A stretch of 64,000 nt of DNA, taken from the NCBI GenBank assembly GCA_051362555.1, contig CM120640.1, positions 3,534,001 through 3,598,000 on the forward strand, read 5' to 3'. Under the pieces are notes generated by a model. It searched no databases, had not been told where the DNA came from, and worked only from the letters and a program-made list of their open reading frames with translations. The position numbers and the translations under genes are program-made. Every line of letters starts with the position of its first letter. Position 1 is the first letter of the stretch. Below, in pieces: positions 39,301 through 48,357 of this stretch. This stretch comes from Lingula anatina. Taxonomy: Eukaryota; Animalia; Brachiopoda.

Positions 39301-42300
39301 TGGAAGAATTCTTCCTTTTGTCACATAAGACACCAGTTTTTCTTACCCTCACTGAAATGTGAACACTAAAGAAGTGAGAACGAAAGCAATTCAAACTGGA
39401 ATGTTTAACTATTGCAAAATATAAGTTGTACATTTTGTCACATGTATATATCTTTGTGTGCAGTCAGTGACAAAACTGTCACTTTGGAACCAATAGTGTT
39501 CAAAAGATTCAACTAGTATCAGAAAAAATTGTTCTACAAGATTTGTTCAAAACTAACAATACTTGGAAATTAAAGTTGACAAGTTAATATGTAGTCTACC
39601 ATGTATTCAGATCTGGGTCCTTTTCACTTTGCAATGCTTAAACATAGATTGTATATGTTACATTACATTGTACATTATATTTATCCAGATCTGGGCCCCT
39701 CCCACCCCGCCCCAGGATGATAATGATGTGTACATAGACCAGACCCTGTGCTTCCTTTATGAGCCCAGTGTAATGACAGAGATGCAGCTGCCACCTATCT
39801 ATGTGAAGAAAGAGCCAAGAAGAACACGCCTGGACTCAATTGCAGGTAAGTTTCACATATTAGAGCAAATAAAACTTCCTGGCTGCAGATGCTGTTAAAT
39901 TCTCCAATATTTATTCTTTGTTATGTGTAAGTTTCAGTCAAAATATATCAGAAGTACAAAAATATATAGATTAAATATCTAAAAGCAAGTGAATTCTTTA
40001 ATTTCTACATAACAAATCTTATTTGTAGCTCGTAAACACAAAGTAAGGAAGGACGAACACGCCAGAATACCTAGGTCTCTTTTCGACCGCCCAACTGCGG
40101 CATTGCTGAAGATGCGCAGAGAAGCCAAGCTGCACAAGTTCAAGCAGGGTCTGATACGGCAGCAGTACCCTGGTATCTTGCCACAGAAGGCCATGATAGA
40201 GCCTCCCACAGACCATCCTGAGTGGCTGATCCATGAAGACTGGGCATTGCTACAGGTGAGACAGTGGCACATCCAACACAGTGGCGTCGAGTATTGTATG
40301 TATTTTAAGCGCGGAACTGTCTACATAGACTTAGTGATTTTGTGGCCCACAACGGTTTAAAAAAAAACAAGAGTTATGTAAAGTATAACACATAACTGGG
40401 GTAGCGCTAACACTCTCCAATTTAGCCAAATGCTAAAACTGACTGAAATTGGCTAAACAAATTAGAGTTGATTTGACTCATTTTAGTCAAATTTAAACCA
40501 TTTGGACAAAAAAGCAATGAAAAAGTAGTAATTTGGCTAAACGAAAAAAAAATTGCAAGCGCCACCCCAGCATAAGCTTACTTAAAATCTGTCACCAAGT
40601 TCATCTCTTCATCTCCAAAAGTATAATACCTGACATTATCTTTGGTCTCAACTTACTTTATGATCACATTGTACTCCAGGCTGTCCAAGCTCTCCAGGAA
40701 CTGCCACTGAACCTAATGCCAGTGTCTCCAGCACGTATTGCTAACTGGGACCTGGTGGCTGATGTAGTTAACGCCTCCAGCCGTGTGTACAGGTCAGCCA
40801 AGCAGTGTAAGAACAGATATGATAATGTGATTGTACCCAGAGAGGAGGGCAGGATACTGTATGATATCAACCCCAAGAAACAGAAGAAGAACAAGGGAGT
40901 GTACAGGGTAAGATGATGGCAATGTAATGCAAAATAATAAAGCGAAATGAGGAAACTGTTTTTACATTACGAATTTGTAATATCCGATGAGGCTACAATT
41001 CCAACTGCCAAAGGCATAATATTACACTCATTAAATTGAATCAGACCATTAGAAATTCCTGTAATATCCAACTAATACATCAGCAACTGACACAGTATCT
41101 TTAATTGTTTCCAGACCAAGAATAACCGTCCCATGAAGACCAGCCAGTTGTATGCCCAGGACAACCACAATTCACTCACATCACTGTATGGTCTCCGCTT
41201 TGACTCTGTGCGTTCTCTGGCCACCAAGCGTACGCCCACGCTGCGGCCAGTGCTACAGAACCCTCAGCTGAAGAACCCCAAACATGCTGCTGTGTTATCA
41301 GAGAGTGGGATTAACTATGACACCCCTCTGGCCCCCATACAGGTGGCTGCCATTAGGGCTGAGAGGATTGCCAGGGAGAAACAGAAAAACCAGGTATGTG
41401 GACTGGAAATAAATGGAGTTTGATAGGAGGAAAGATATACCAATATACCAGTTGGTTGCCTATACAGTGTACACAAAATGAGTGTGTGTTTTGGGCTCTG
41501 TTTAGTGAAACCAACATATTTACTTATTTATACCACATTAATAATGCATGACAAATTCATAATGTACATGTGACAGTAATTTCTTGACTTCCCACCCCAC
41601 TTCAGGCAGCAGCAGAGCAGCAGTTACTCAAACAGCAACAGCAGCAGGCACAGACCACCCAGGCCCAGCAGACCACCACTGCCCAGCAGCCAACAGTACA
41701 GACACCTGCCATACAGGGACAACTACAGACTGTGGGAGGAACAACGGCTGTACTGGTAAGTAGCAGTAAACAAAGCAGTGCAGGTTTTTATATTTAATAT
41801 GTACATTGTAGTGGATATATATCTTTAGTCTAAATTCAAGCCTGATAGGTGTTTTTGATTAGTTAGTTGATTAGTGGGCCCATGAAGAGATGGTAAGTAT
41901 ATTGTGCCCTTTAAGTAGATGTAAATAACATTGAAAAACTATTCTTGTAGAATACTTAATAAAATCTTGGAGTGTATTGTGTTAGGTGTGATTGTGTTAG
42001 TTGTGCCAGTGTGATTGTGCTAGGTGTGCTGTGTTGTTACCTTTCCCTATGCTTTCCAGCAGAAGCCCCGTGTGGTAGGTGGTGCAGCAGCCAACTTACT
42101 TAGTGTCAGTGGTGCCAGTAGCAGCCTGGGAACCAATGCATTTCTTACTGTTAACAAACGCCTGACCCCTCCTACTGTGGCTGCCATTGTACAGCAGCCT
42201 GCTGCAAGCTTGGTGAGTGTGAGGGTGTGGCTCTTCATTTAGACGATCTTCACTCAATTTTGTTTTTTTATTTTCAGTGTCAAGGAAATTATTTTTTGGA

Positions 42301-45300
42301 TTAATTTTCAACTTTTTTTCTGTCTCTTACATTTAAGCAGAATTTTGTTTTTGGGTTTTTCTGTTTTTTGTTTCCTGGTTATATTTTCCATGACCTACAG
42401 TGGTGGAGCTTTGAAATTTTTGATAACCAGTTCTATTTGGATTGCAGGAAGGGAATGTGGTGAAGAAATCAGTTTGTTGATAATTTTTATGCTTGCTATT
42501 GTTGACATGGAGAACTTTTGAACATTTCTTTCACATATATGAATTTACTAGACTAAGTTATACCAACTTTTTAAAATGTGAAGAAAAGTTTAAAATTTCT
42601 CCATTTAAAAAAGAATGTTACACATTTGAATAACATGCAGTAATAAAGTATTAGACAAGATTTGACATGAAGATATAACAGCATATAACATGTTTCCAGG
42701 CTGCCAGTGGCACCCCAGTCCGCAGCCAGATCAGGACCACCAGTGCCTCCATGACAGTCCAGGAGATCTCAGCCGTGGTGGCCAGCCAGGCTCAGCAACA
42801 ACAGCAAGCCAGGCCCACGGTCACTGCAGTGGTCACCACGACCAACATGACGGCAGCACAGCTAGTGGCTGCTCAGAGGATTGCTGGGACCACTGTGACT
42901 ACAGTGTCTGGAGGTGTGTACAGTCTCACCTAATGCAATGTATTCTCTCCAGCTTCCCCATGCACACTAATTCTGTATTCAAATATTTTTGTATAATGCC
43001 CAATGTTTATTGTGTTTTAGGTCAATATACTTCCGAGCTGATCATTTTCCCCAGTATGCAGATGATGTTGGTGTTACGCACATTTTAAAACTTCTACTCC
43101 AGGTACAACAGTACAACAACAGTTGGCCAGAGGACTGACACCTCAACAGTTACAAATGCTGAGACAGCAGGCCTTGCTGAAACAACAGCAGCAACAACAA
43201 CAGCAGCAGAAGCTACAGGCAGCACAGAGGCTACAGGGAGTGCAAGGAGTACAAGTGGTAAGTTATTGTGTGGGGATAATTTATTGTGCTAGTGTGTAAG
43301 GTGAGTTTCAAGCAAAGAAGGCCATACGTGGTAAGTAAGAACAGCTTTTAGGGGGTATTGTTCCTTCATTGAATATAAAATGGAAAGTTTCATTTCAAGA
43401 AATAATGAACTGAAGAGGTATTGAAGAAAGTTTTTTTTCACTGGATTTAGGCGGCTGCTAAGTCTAAATCTCTCTCCCAGGCGGAACAACTCAAGCAGCA
43501 GCAGTTGCAGCGCCAGCGTGTTGCGGCGGCAGCCATAGCAGGACAGAAACAGGTAGCTGTGGGAGCGCCCCTGGTGGCCAGTCTGACACAGACTCAAGTC
43601 TCACAGACTTCACAGCAGAAAATACAGGTAAGGCACAGGCAGCTTACAGGGTTTAGGCTTTGATGAATATGATGTAGAATAAACATTCTGTCAACAGCTT
43701 AAAATGTATTTTATCAAATAAAACATTTTCATTTCCCGCTTTCATATATTGAAAAGTTAAATCAGTATAAACTGGAATAATGTGGTAGATAACATAATGT
43801 TAAAAAGCTGCATGTGACATTGGTTGCATTATGTTAAGCAAACAAAGAGCAATACTTTTGAAGAGCTGACCAAATCTCTGCATTATTATTAATATAGATA
43901 TATATATATTCATGTATTACAGGCAGTCCGCCAGGGTCAGATAAAGCAGGCCACCACCAGGCAGATGACCAGTGAGGAGCTGGCTGCACTGTTCAGACGC
44001 CAGCAGCAGCTCCAGGCCCAGGCCCAGCAGAAACAGGCAGCAGCAGTGGCAGCCGCAGGGGGAGGGGTCACTGTATCACAGAGTGGTCTCACATCACAGG
44101 GACAGGGGACATCTCAGGTAGGCAGGGGGAGGGGTCACTGTGTCACAGAGTGGTCTCACATCACAGGGACAGGGGACATCTCAGGTAGGCAGGGGGAGGG
44201 GTCACTGTGTCACAGAGTGGTCTCACATCACAGGGACAGGGGACATCTCAGGTAGGCAGGGGGAGGGGTCACTGTGTCACAGAGTGGTCTCACATCACAG
44301 GGACAGGGGACATCTCAGGTAGGCAGGGGGAGGGGTCACTGTATCACAGAGTGGTCTCACATCACAGGGACAGGGGACATCTCAGGTAGGCAGGGGGAGG
44401 GGTCACTGTATCACAGAGTGGTCTCACTTCACAGGGACAGGGGACATCTCAGGTAGGCAGGGGGAGGGGTCACTGTATCACAGAGTGAACTCACTTCACA
44501 GGGACAGGGGACATCTCAGGTGGGCAGGGGGAGGGGTCACTGTATCACAGAGTGAACTCACTTCACAGGGACAGGGGACATCTCAGGTAGGCAGGGGGAG
44601 GGGTCACTGTATCACAGAGTGGTCTCACATCACAGGGACAGGGGACATCTCAGGTAGGCAGGGGGAGGGGTCACTGTATCACAGAGTGGTCTCACATCAC
44701 AGGGACAGGGGACATCTCAGGTAGGCAGGGGGAGGGGTCACTGTGTCACTAATAGGATTCAAGTCGCAGGAGCAGGGGACATCTCAGGTACACCAGGTAC
44801 AGGTGTCTCAGGCAGAAGAGATGGGGGGGGTGGGGGAATGGCATTTATCTGTACTGGTGGTGGTTTTAAATTGATGGCTGCTGGCCAATGTATAAGAAAG
44901 AAAGGACTTGTAAATTTGTGAAATTGCCTGTATCTAAAAAAAAAAAAAAATCAGTGTTGCACCTGTATTACTGATTGAGACTGTGAAAGAAAGATCTGTT
45001 CATTTATGCAACTATAAAGTAACTGACTATTTATTTTAAATACAGATAACTCGGACTAAAATACAATTCCATAATTTCAGCTGTCTCAGGCCCAGATCAT
45101 CTCCCAGGCACAGCTCCAGCAGTTGAGTTCTCAGACAACAGGGACACCTGTCGCCACTCTGGTGAAGACCGTCTCTGCCCCCAGTGGTCCTAGTGTCACC
45201 ATTCCTGTCAGTGCTGTCAGCGTGGGAGGTGTCAACATACTGTCACAGCAGAAGTTGACATCAGGTGAGTCTTTAGTGTCACAGATTGGTGTTTTCAATG

Positions 45301-46517
45301 CCAGTCTTGCAACATAATTACCGTAACTGGGTCTGCTCTAATAACTGGAACTGGTGCAAGGTCAGTTACCTGCATGCTTTTGGTGATCTCGATTTTAAAA
45401 CTATCAGGTTTATAAATTGTATGTTTAAATCTGCACACACATTTCAAGTGTTATTTATGCTAAGAATAGTAATTGCTATATTCTGTCATTTTTGATAATT
45501 TTAGTGTCCAAGGCCACTGGACTACAGCAGCAGATCAAGCAGCTTCAGTTCCAACAGCTTCAACAGCAGAGGAAGCTTGGCCAGATACAGCAACAGAAAG
45601 TGGCAAGTAAGTAGCCTAGCAGACTGATTGCTTTACTTTGTCCTATTTAACAGTGCTATGTATAACAATCTGAATAGGTTTCTCTCAGTCCTTCTGCATT
45701 ACTATGTCCAAGTTTCTGACCCAAGTATCCTAAATCAGCCTGTTTCTATCCTATAGCGCTGACCACGACCCCACTGCTGAAGCCCGGGCAGACTACTCCA
45801 CTGAGCACAGTGCAGATCATCTCTCACCAGGGTCAGCAGAAGGCAGGCCCCACCATACAGCAGATACAGCAGATCATTCAGCAGCACCAGCAGAAAGCTC
45901 CTGCAGCCCAGGGCCAGTCTATCCAGCAGTCTGCCCCCACTATCATCACCCAGCTTGTCACCCAGTCCATGGCACAGATGATTACCAAACCTACCACCGC
46001 CATTGCTGCCTCGCCAGCCAGGCCAGGCACAGCGGTCACCATAGCAATGCCAGTTACCATAACAACCCCTATGCAACAACAGACGGCGGGGCAGACCACG
46101 GTGACTGTGGTGGGCACCTCGGTCTCCAGCCTGGCCACGCCCACTGTGTCATTATCTCATTCAGTAACCCACACGGCAGCGCCCCCTAACGTGACAATTA
46201 CCCAGGCGGCCGTGATACCGTCAGCAGCAGCGGCCACGGTAACCCAGGTATCCGCGGCCACAGCTGCCGGGGCATCACGCCCTGTACAGACCCCGGTTAT
46301 TGTCAGCGAGCAGCAGGGCACGCAGCAGAGCCCCATAAAGCAGGTTCAGGTGACGGTGCCGCCAGCACAGACTAGTAAACCGGAGACGGTGATCAGTGTG
46401 ACGTCAGAGGCAGGAACGCCGGGACAGGCAACACAGCAGCAAGGAGGGGACGCCGCTGCTCAGCAGTCTAAAACGCCCTACGCTATGAGGCTGCGGAATC
46501 CACCAAGAAATACATAA
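18308..46517 (+). CDS. dom: Helicase domino / EP400-SRCAP family SWR1-type H2A.Z-exchange ATPase, long (DOM-A/EP400-like) isoform
   Basis: ATG 18308. EP400-N region ([16 protein letters not shown]), HSA ([25 protein letters not shown]), SNF2 motifs ([49 protein letters not shown]), split-ATPase insertion, HelicC ([41 protein letters not shown]). Then [19 protein letters not shown], a SANT/Myb domain ([12 protein letters not shown]...[10 protein letters not shown]...[11 protein letters not shown]) and Q/T-rich exons ending TAA 46515-46517. Confidence 0.93.
20623..20753 (+). ncRNA. Intronic box H/ACA snoRNA; 3' hairpin fits 28S CAUUG-U-G-AAGCAG (human Psi4441 equivalent, SNORA1-type guide)
   Basis: Two hairpins, H box AGATAA (20684-20689), ACA (20748-20750). 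Pocket strands CTGCTT and CAATG, with 14 nt from pocket to ACA. Target recalled from conserved 28S sequence. Confidence 0.75.
21677..21806 (+). ncRNA. Candidate intronic H/ACA snoRNA, target not identified
   Basis: Hairpin TGGCCAC...GTGGCCA, near-consensus H box AGAGTGA, second hairpin TGCA...TGCA, ACA at 21801-21803; 130 nt long. Confidence 0.5.
23228..23368 (+). ncRNA. Intronic H/ACA snoRNA; 3' hairpin fits 28S GACAGG-U-U-AGUUUU (human Psi4522 / yeast Psi2975 equivalent)
   Basis: CCCCAG...CTGGGG hairpin, H box AAAGAA (23292-23297), TCCCTT...AAGGGA hairpin with pocket AAAACT / CCTGTC, ACA 23363-23365. Confidence 0.72.
23815..23951 (+). ncRNA. Intronic H/ACA snoRNA with two 18S guides (GAGG-U-A-GUGACGA and GAGAU-U-G-AGCAAUA)
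   Basis: TTGAGG...CCTCAA hairpin with pocket TCGTCAC / TCTC; H box AGAGAA (23880-23885); CCTGCC...GGCAGG hairpin with pocket TATTGCT / ATCTC; ACA 23946-23948. Sites correspond to the yeast 18S Psi466 and Psi1415 regions (from memory). Confidence 0.78.
24261..24394 (+). ncRNA. SNORA3: H/ACA snoRNA, SNORA3/SNORA45 (ACA3)-like, copy 1
   Basis: 5' pocket TAGAGTC / GCT fits 28S AGC-U-U-GACUCUA; H box ACATAA (24321-24326); 3' pocket TTATGC / TACCT fits 28S AGGUG-U-A-GCAUAA; ACA 24389-24391. This is the same dual-target layout recalled for human ACA3 (U3899/U3938). Paralog at 26443. Confidence 0.8.
24993..25070 (+). ncRNA. Box C/D snoRNA with SNORD48-like D guide, copy 1
   Basis: Terminal stem TTGTTGC/GCAACAA, box C ATGATGA (25001-25007), box D CTGA (25060-25063). 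D guide CTCACAGCGCT pairs with 28S GGCGCUGUGGG; D' guide TGCTTACCAAA pairs with the adjacent 28S UUUGGUAAGCA. Confidence 0.85.
25586..25714 (+). ncRNA. H/ACA RNA, SNORA2-like 5' pocket (first of two in one intron)
   Basis: TGAGGC...GTCTCG hairpin with pocket AATCA / ATCAAG fitting 28S CUUGAU-NN-UGAUU; H box ATAGCA (25644-25649); ACA 25709-25711. Confidence 0.72.
25734..25866 (+). ncRNA. H/ACA RNA, SNORA34-like 5' pocket (second of two in one intron)
   Basis: Paralog of 25586-25714. Pocket TACTGA / ATCAAG fits 28S CUUGAU-UU-UCAGUA; H box ACAGAA (25797-25802); ACA about 25861-25863. Confidence 0.75.
26443..26572 (+). ncRNA. SNORA3: H/ACA snoRNA, SNORA3/SNORA45 (ACA3)-like, copy 2
   Basis: Same pockets as copy 1 (TAGAGTC/GCT and TTATGC/TACCT) with diverged stems; H box ACAGTA (26503-26508); ACA 26567-26569. 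Confidence 0.8.
27036..27162 (+). ncRNA. Intronic H/ACA snoRNA, probable third SNORA2-type guide
   Basis: GAGACA...TGTCTC hairpin with pocket AAAATCA / ATTGAGT fitting 28S GCUUGAU-NN-UGAUUUU; H box ACAACA (27093-27098); second hairpin; ACA 27157-27159. Confidence 0.68.
27431..27509 (+). ncRNA. Box C/D snoRNA with SNORD48-like D guide, copy 2
   Basis: Box C ATGATGA (27440-27446), box D CTGA (27498-27501), both guides identical to copy 1. The terminal stem differs but is fully complementary (AATATTGC/GCAATATT). Confidence 0.85.
29346..29415 (+). ncRNA. Box C/D snoRNA with D' guide to 28S AAGGGGAAUCCG
   Basis: Box C GTGATGA (29354-29360), 12-nt guide CGGATTCCCCTT, D' ATGA (29380-29383), C' ATGACA, box D CTGA (29406-29409), terminal stem AAAGTG/TACTTT. 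Confidence 0.78.
30570..32212 (+). repeat. Head-to-tail duplication of the element's 5' ~820 bp
   Basis: 30570-31395 is repeated nearly identically from 31396, which explains the duplicated ORFs 31074/31891 and 31101/31918. Confidence 0.92.
32130..32417. mobile_element. Foldback MITE flanked by TA, nested in the HINE
   Basis: TA|CGGAAGCCGACTGGTGCCATATGT...ACATATGGCACCAGTCGGCTTCCG|TA. The interior is five ~48-bp units, each centred on the 20-bp palindrome TATCTCGAAATTTCGAGATA. Confidence 0.75.
32665..34255 (+). repeat. 146-bp tandem satellite, about 11 copies
   Basis: Unit start ATCTCCAAAACTGGCAGAG recurs at 32671, 32817, 32963 ... 34131 with exact 146-bp spacing. Confidence 0.95.
35560..35692. 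repeat. Short ~29-bp minisatellite (GTTGACCTAGTGGGACAC...) x4-5
   Basis: CCTAGTGGGA recurs five times at ~29-30 bp spacing in a domino intron. Confidence 0.8.
36656..37768 (+). CDS. dom: Alternative terminal exon of domino (read-through of donor 36790): short DOM-B/SRCAP-like isoform with Ser/Pro/basic tail
   Basis: The frame stays open for 325 codons past ...[11 protein letters not shown]|GTGAAA to TGA 37766-37768, and is rich in SPR/SPK/TPK motifs. ATTAAA at 37819 and AATAAA at 38209 lie downstream. Confidence 0.75.
   Translation, partial: DAIDSAKKDWELNRLKALKEEEERRLEIEEDEMLFTYSRDDACNQVKRKKKTAKVASKNREDVSRVKDGELNGSKPLRLPTRHSSRAASRASTPNQSEASSGGGGSKNRASKDCKGSSSKSEESESIGSPRTRSRPGSVDNEANKTPLRIVIPKQSPRSNSAVTSPKQGTKSKLLSPRSSSSNSTPKVSPRSTPKSSPKSNISSPKEVVVPVSWSNPNLVIRTRRASAQTRFRQDSESSEVDVVSVCTDTTPSLLRPAPPVIGVRKVVKLSHSAPQLQLSNSLAEVQGVLNHVAEVKESPPSIKRPLLTHPVCPELNNIPDNTEVVHTNNGGPLHISTASETELVNQDSSALSPQKMLTERHWTDALNFS
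40396..40570. mobile_element. 175-bp MITE with 5-bp target-site duplication
   Basis: CATAA|CTGGGGTAGCGCT...AGCGCCACCCCAG|CATAA, plus an internal inverted pair TTTAGCCAAAT / ATTTGGCTAAA. Confidence 0.7.
44055..44790 (+). repeat. 67-bp GC-rich minisatellite, about 10.5 copies, spanning a domino exon/intron junction
   Basis: Unit GCAGGGGGAGGGGTCACTGTRTCACAGAGTGGTCTCACATCACAGGGACAGGGGACATCTCAGGTAG. ORF starts at 44140, 44207 and 44274 show the 67-bp period. Confidence 0.95.
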
Positions 46518-48357
46518 TTGTTTCTGTCATTTACAAGTTAGCTTTTGTACTATGCATGTTTCTTTTTTAGGAAGAATGTAATTTCTTAGTCTCGTTGGTT
46601 TCAGGAAATGAAAGAATTTAACAAGGTAGCAAACATTAATGCATCATTTCTGCCAAAATAAAAGACTGAAAATGTCTGAAATATATTATGGAGAATTTAT
46701 ATGTATAAAATGGATTTTGGAGATCATATGATGAGTAAAGATTATTGTGAGTATAGTTAGGTAAATTTACAAAGATTTATGTTGTAGGTTCTGTTGTAGG
46801 TTGTAGGGTTTGAAACCTGATAATGTGTATATAAGAAATTGTAAATTTGTTTTGTGTATATTTGAAAAGAGTACGTAGTTATTGTTGTTGATCGAGGTAG
46901 GGCAACATACGATTTTTTTTTGTCACAAATTGAGTATTAACTCACAATTTTGTATTCAATTTTTAACCTGTTTCTAAAGCTTTTAGTAGTTGCACAGTTA
47001 AACGAGTTGTCCAATAAAAAGGAAAAATTATAGACTCCCCTTTTGTGTGAGTGTTACGGGATTGTAGACTGGATAGCACATAGAGTACAGGATAAGAGAA
47101 AGAAAAAAAGCGATTTTCATCGGGTTTTGATTGGCAGCGTGTTGACTGCGTTCTATGCAGCTACTGGTTTGATCATTCAGACAGTGTTTTGTTTGTAACT
47201 ATTGCAAATGCAGATTAGGTTGTTATATTACAAATGTGTGAATTGGACATTCAGGCAGAAAGTCAAAATAAAGGTTCAGTATACAAGTTATTTGTTTTCT
47301 TTCAGCATTTTATTAAAAGAGTTTCGCGACTCAAAATGAAATCTATTTAACGCAGTCTGTTTTGATCAAACAGATGGTCTTGAAATGTGAATTCCAGATA
47401 TAAGGTCGTTATTAAATAAAGATACTTTGTTCGACGAAGCCTACATTAAGTCATATGTCATTGTGACAGAAATGGTGGTCCACTCGGAAACGGCCCTTTT
47501 CCCATTAGGTTCTTTCTGCCGGAAACATTCGTCCCATATGCTTACTTTTATTCTTCCGGCTAACCCTATCGGAGAATATTCGCCCATTATAAACCAAATA
47601 ATGTTAATAAGTTTGAACTAGTCTCGCCAACAGTTCATGTGTGCCTACCAAACTAAAGGTTAAAGATGGTCGCTGCACTCGCTTCGCATTGGTCGGCGAC
47701 GGAGGGGGAACCAAAATTTACTCGCGGTACTTGATCGTAACGCGACCATTCCATACTACGTTTTCTGTGCCTACACGTATGACGGACAAAAATAGGTAGG
47801 CCTATTTGTTAATAGCAGTAGAAGGCAAGGATAGGAACAATTTCTTCCAAGCTAGGCATTAAATAAATGAAAAATGATAAACCAGAAAGATGTTAAAAAT
47901 AATATAGGCCTATACCTATTTGCATCACCACTCGCAAAAAAAAAAATGCGTGAAAAAATCTACACGATATGTCGGAGTTTATACCGGTTTTACATGGTTC
48001 GAGAAAGTTGTGGCTTTAATTTTGATCAGCATCTGAGGATGAAACCTCGTGTAAATCGGGTGGGGTCCAAACTTTTCATGTAAACTGGGCAGACTTAAGC
48101 TTTAGGCCTGTAACATTCAGATTCCCGGGATATACCAGTACCTTGTGCCCGAATAAATCAACTGATAACCACGCGAAGACGTTTTAGGCGCGTGCGTAAC
48201 GTCACTTGTCTGCGTCGTTGACTAAAACGGCAGTCGTGTTATGGCTACAGATGAACAGCGTGCTGCTTCACTGCTCAGTTTACGTATTACTGTTTTACTA
48301 ACAAAGTGAACGAAGAAATCTGAGATTTCGACATGATAATACCACAACTTTAGCACA

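Noticed and set aside
44140-44724. Series of 60-79 aa ORFs
   Set aside because: Frame-cycling products of the 67-bp minisatellite.
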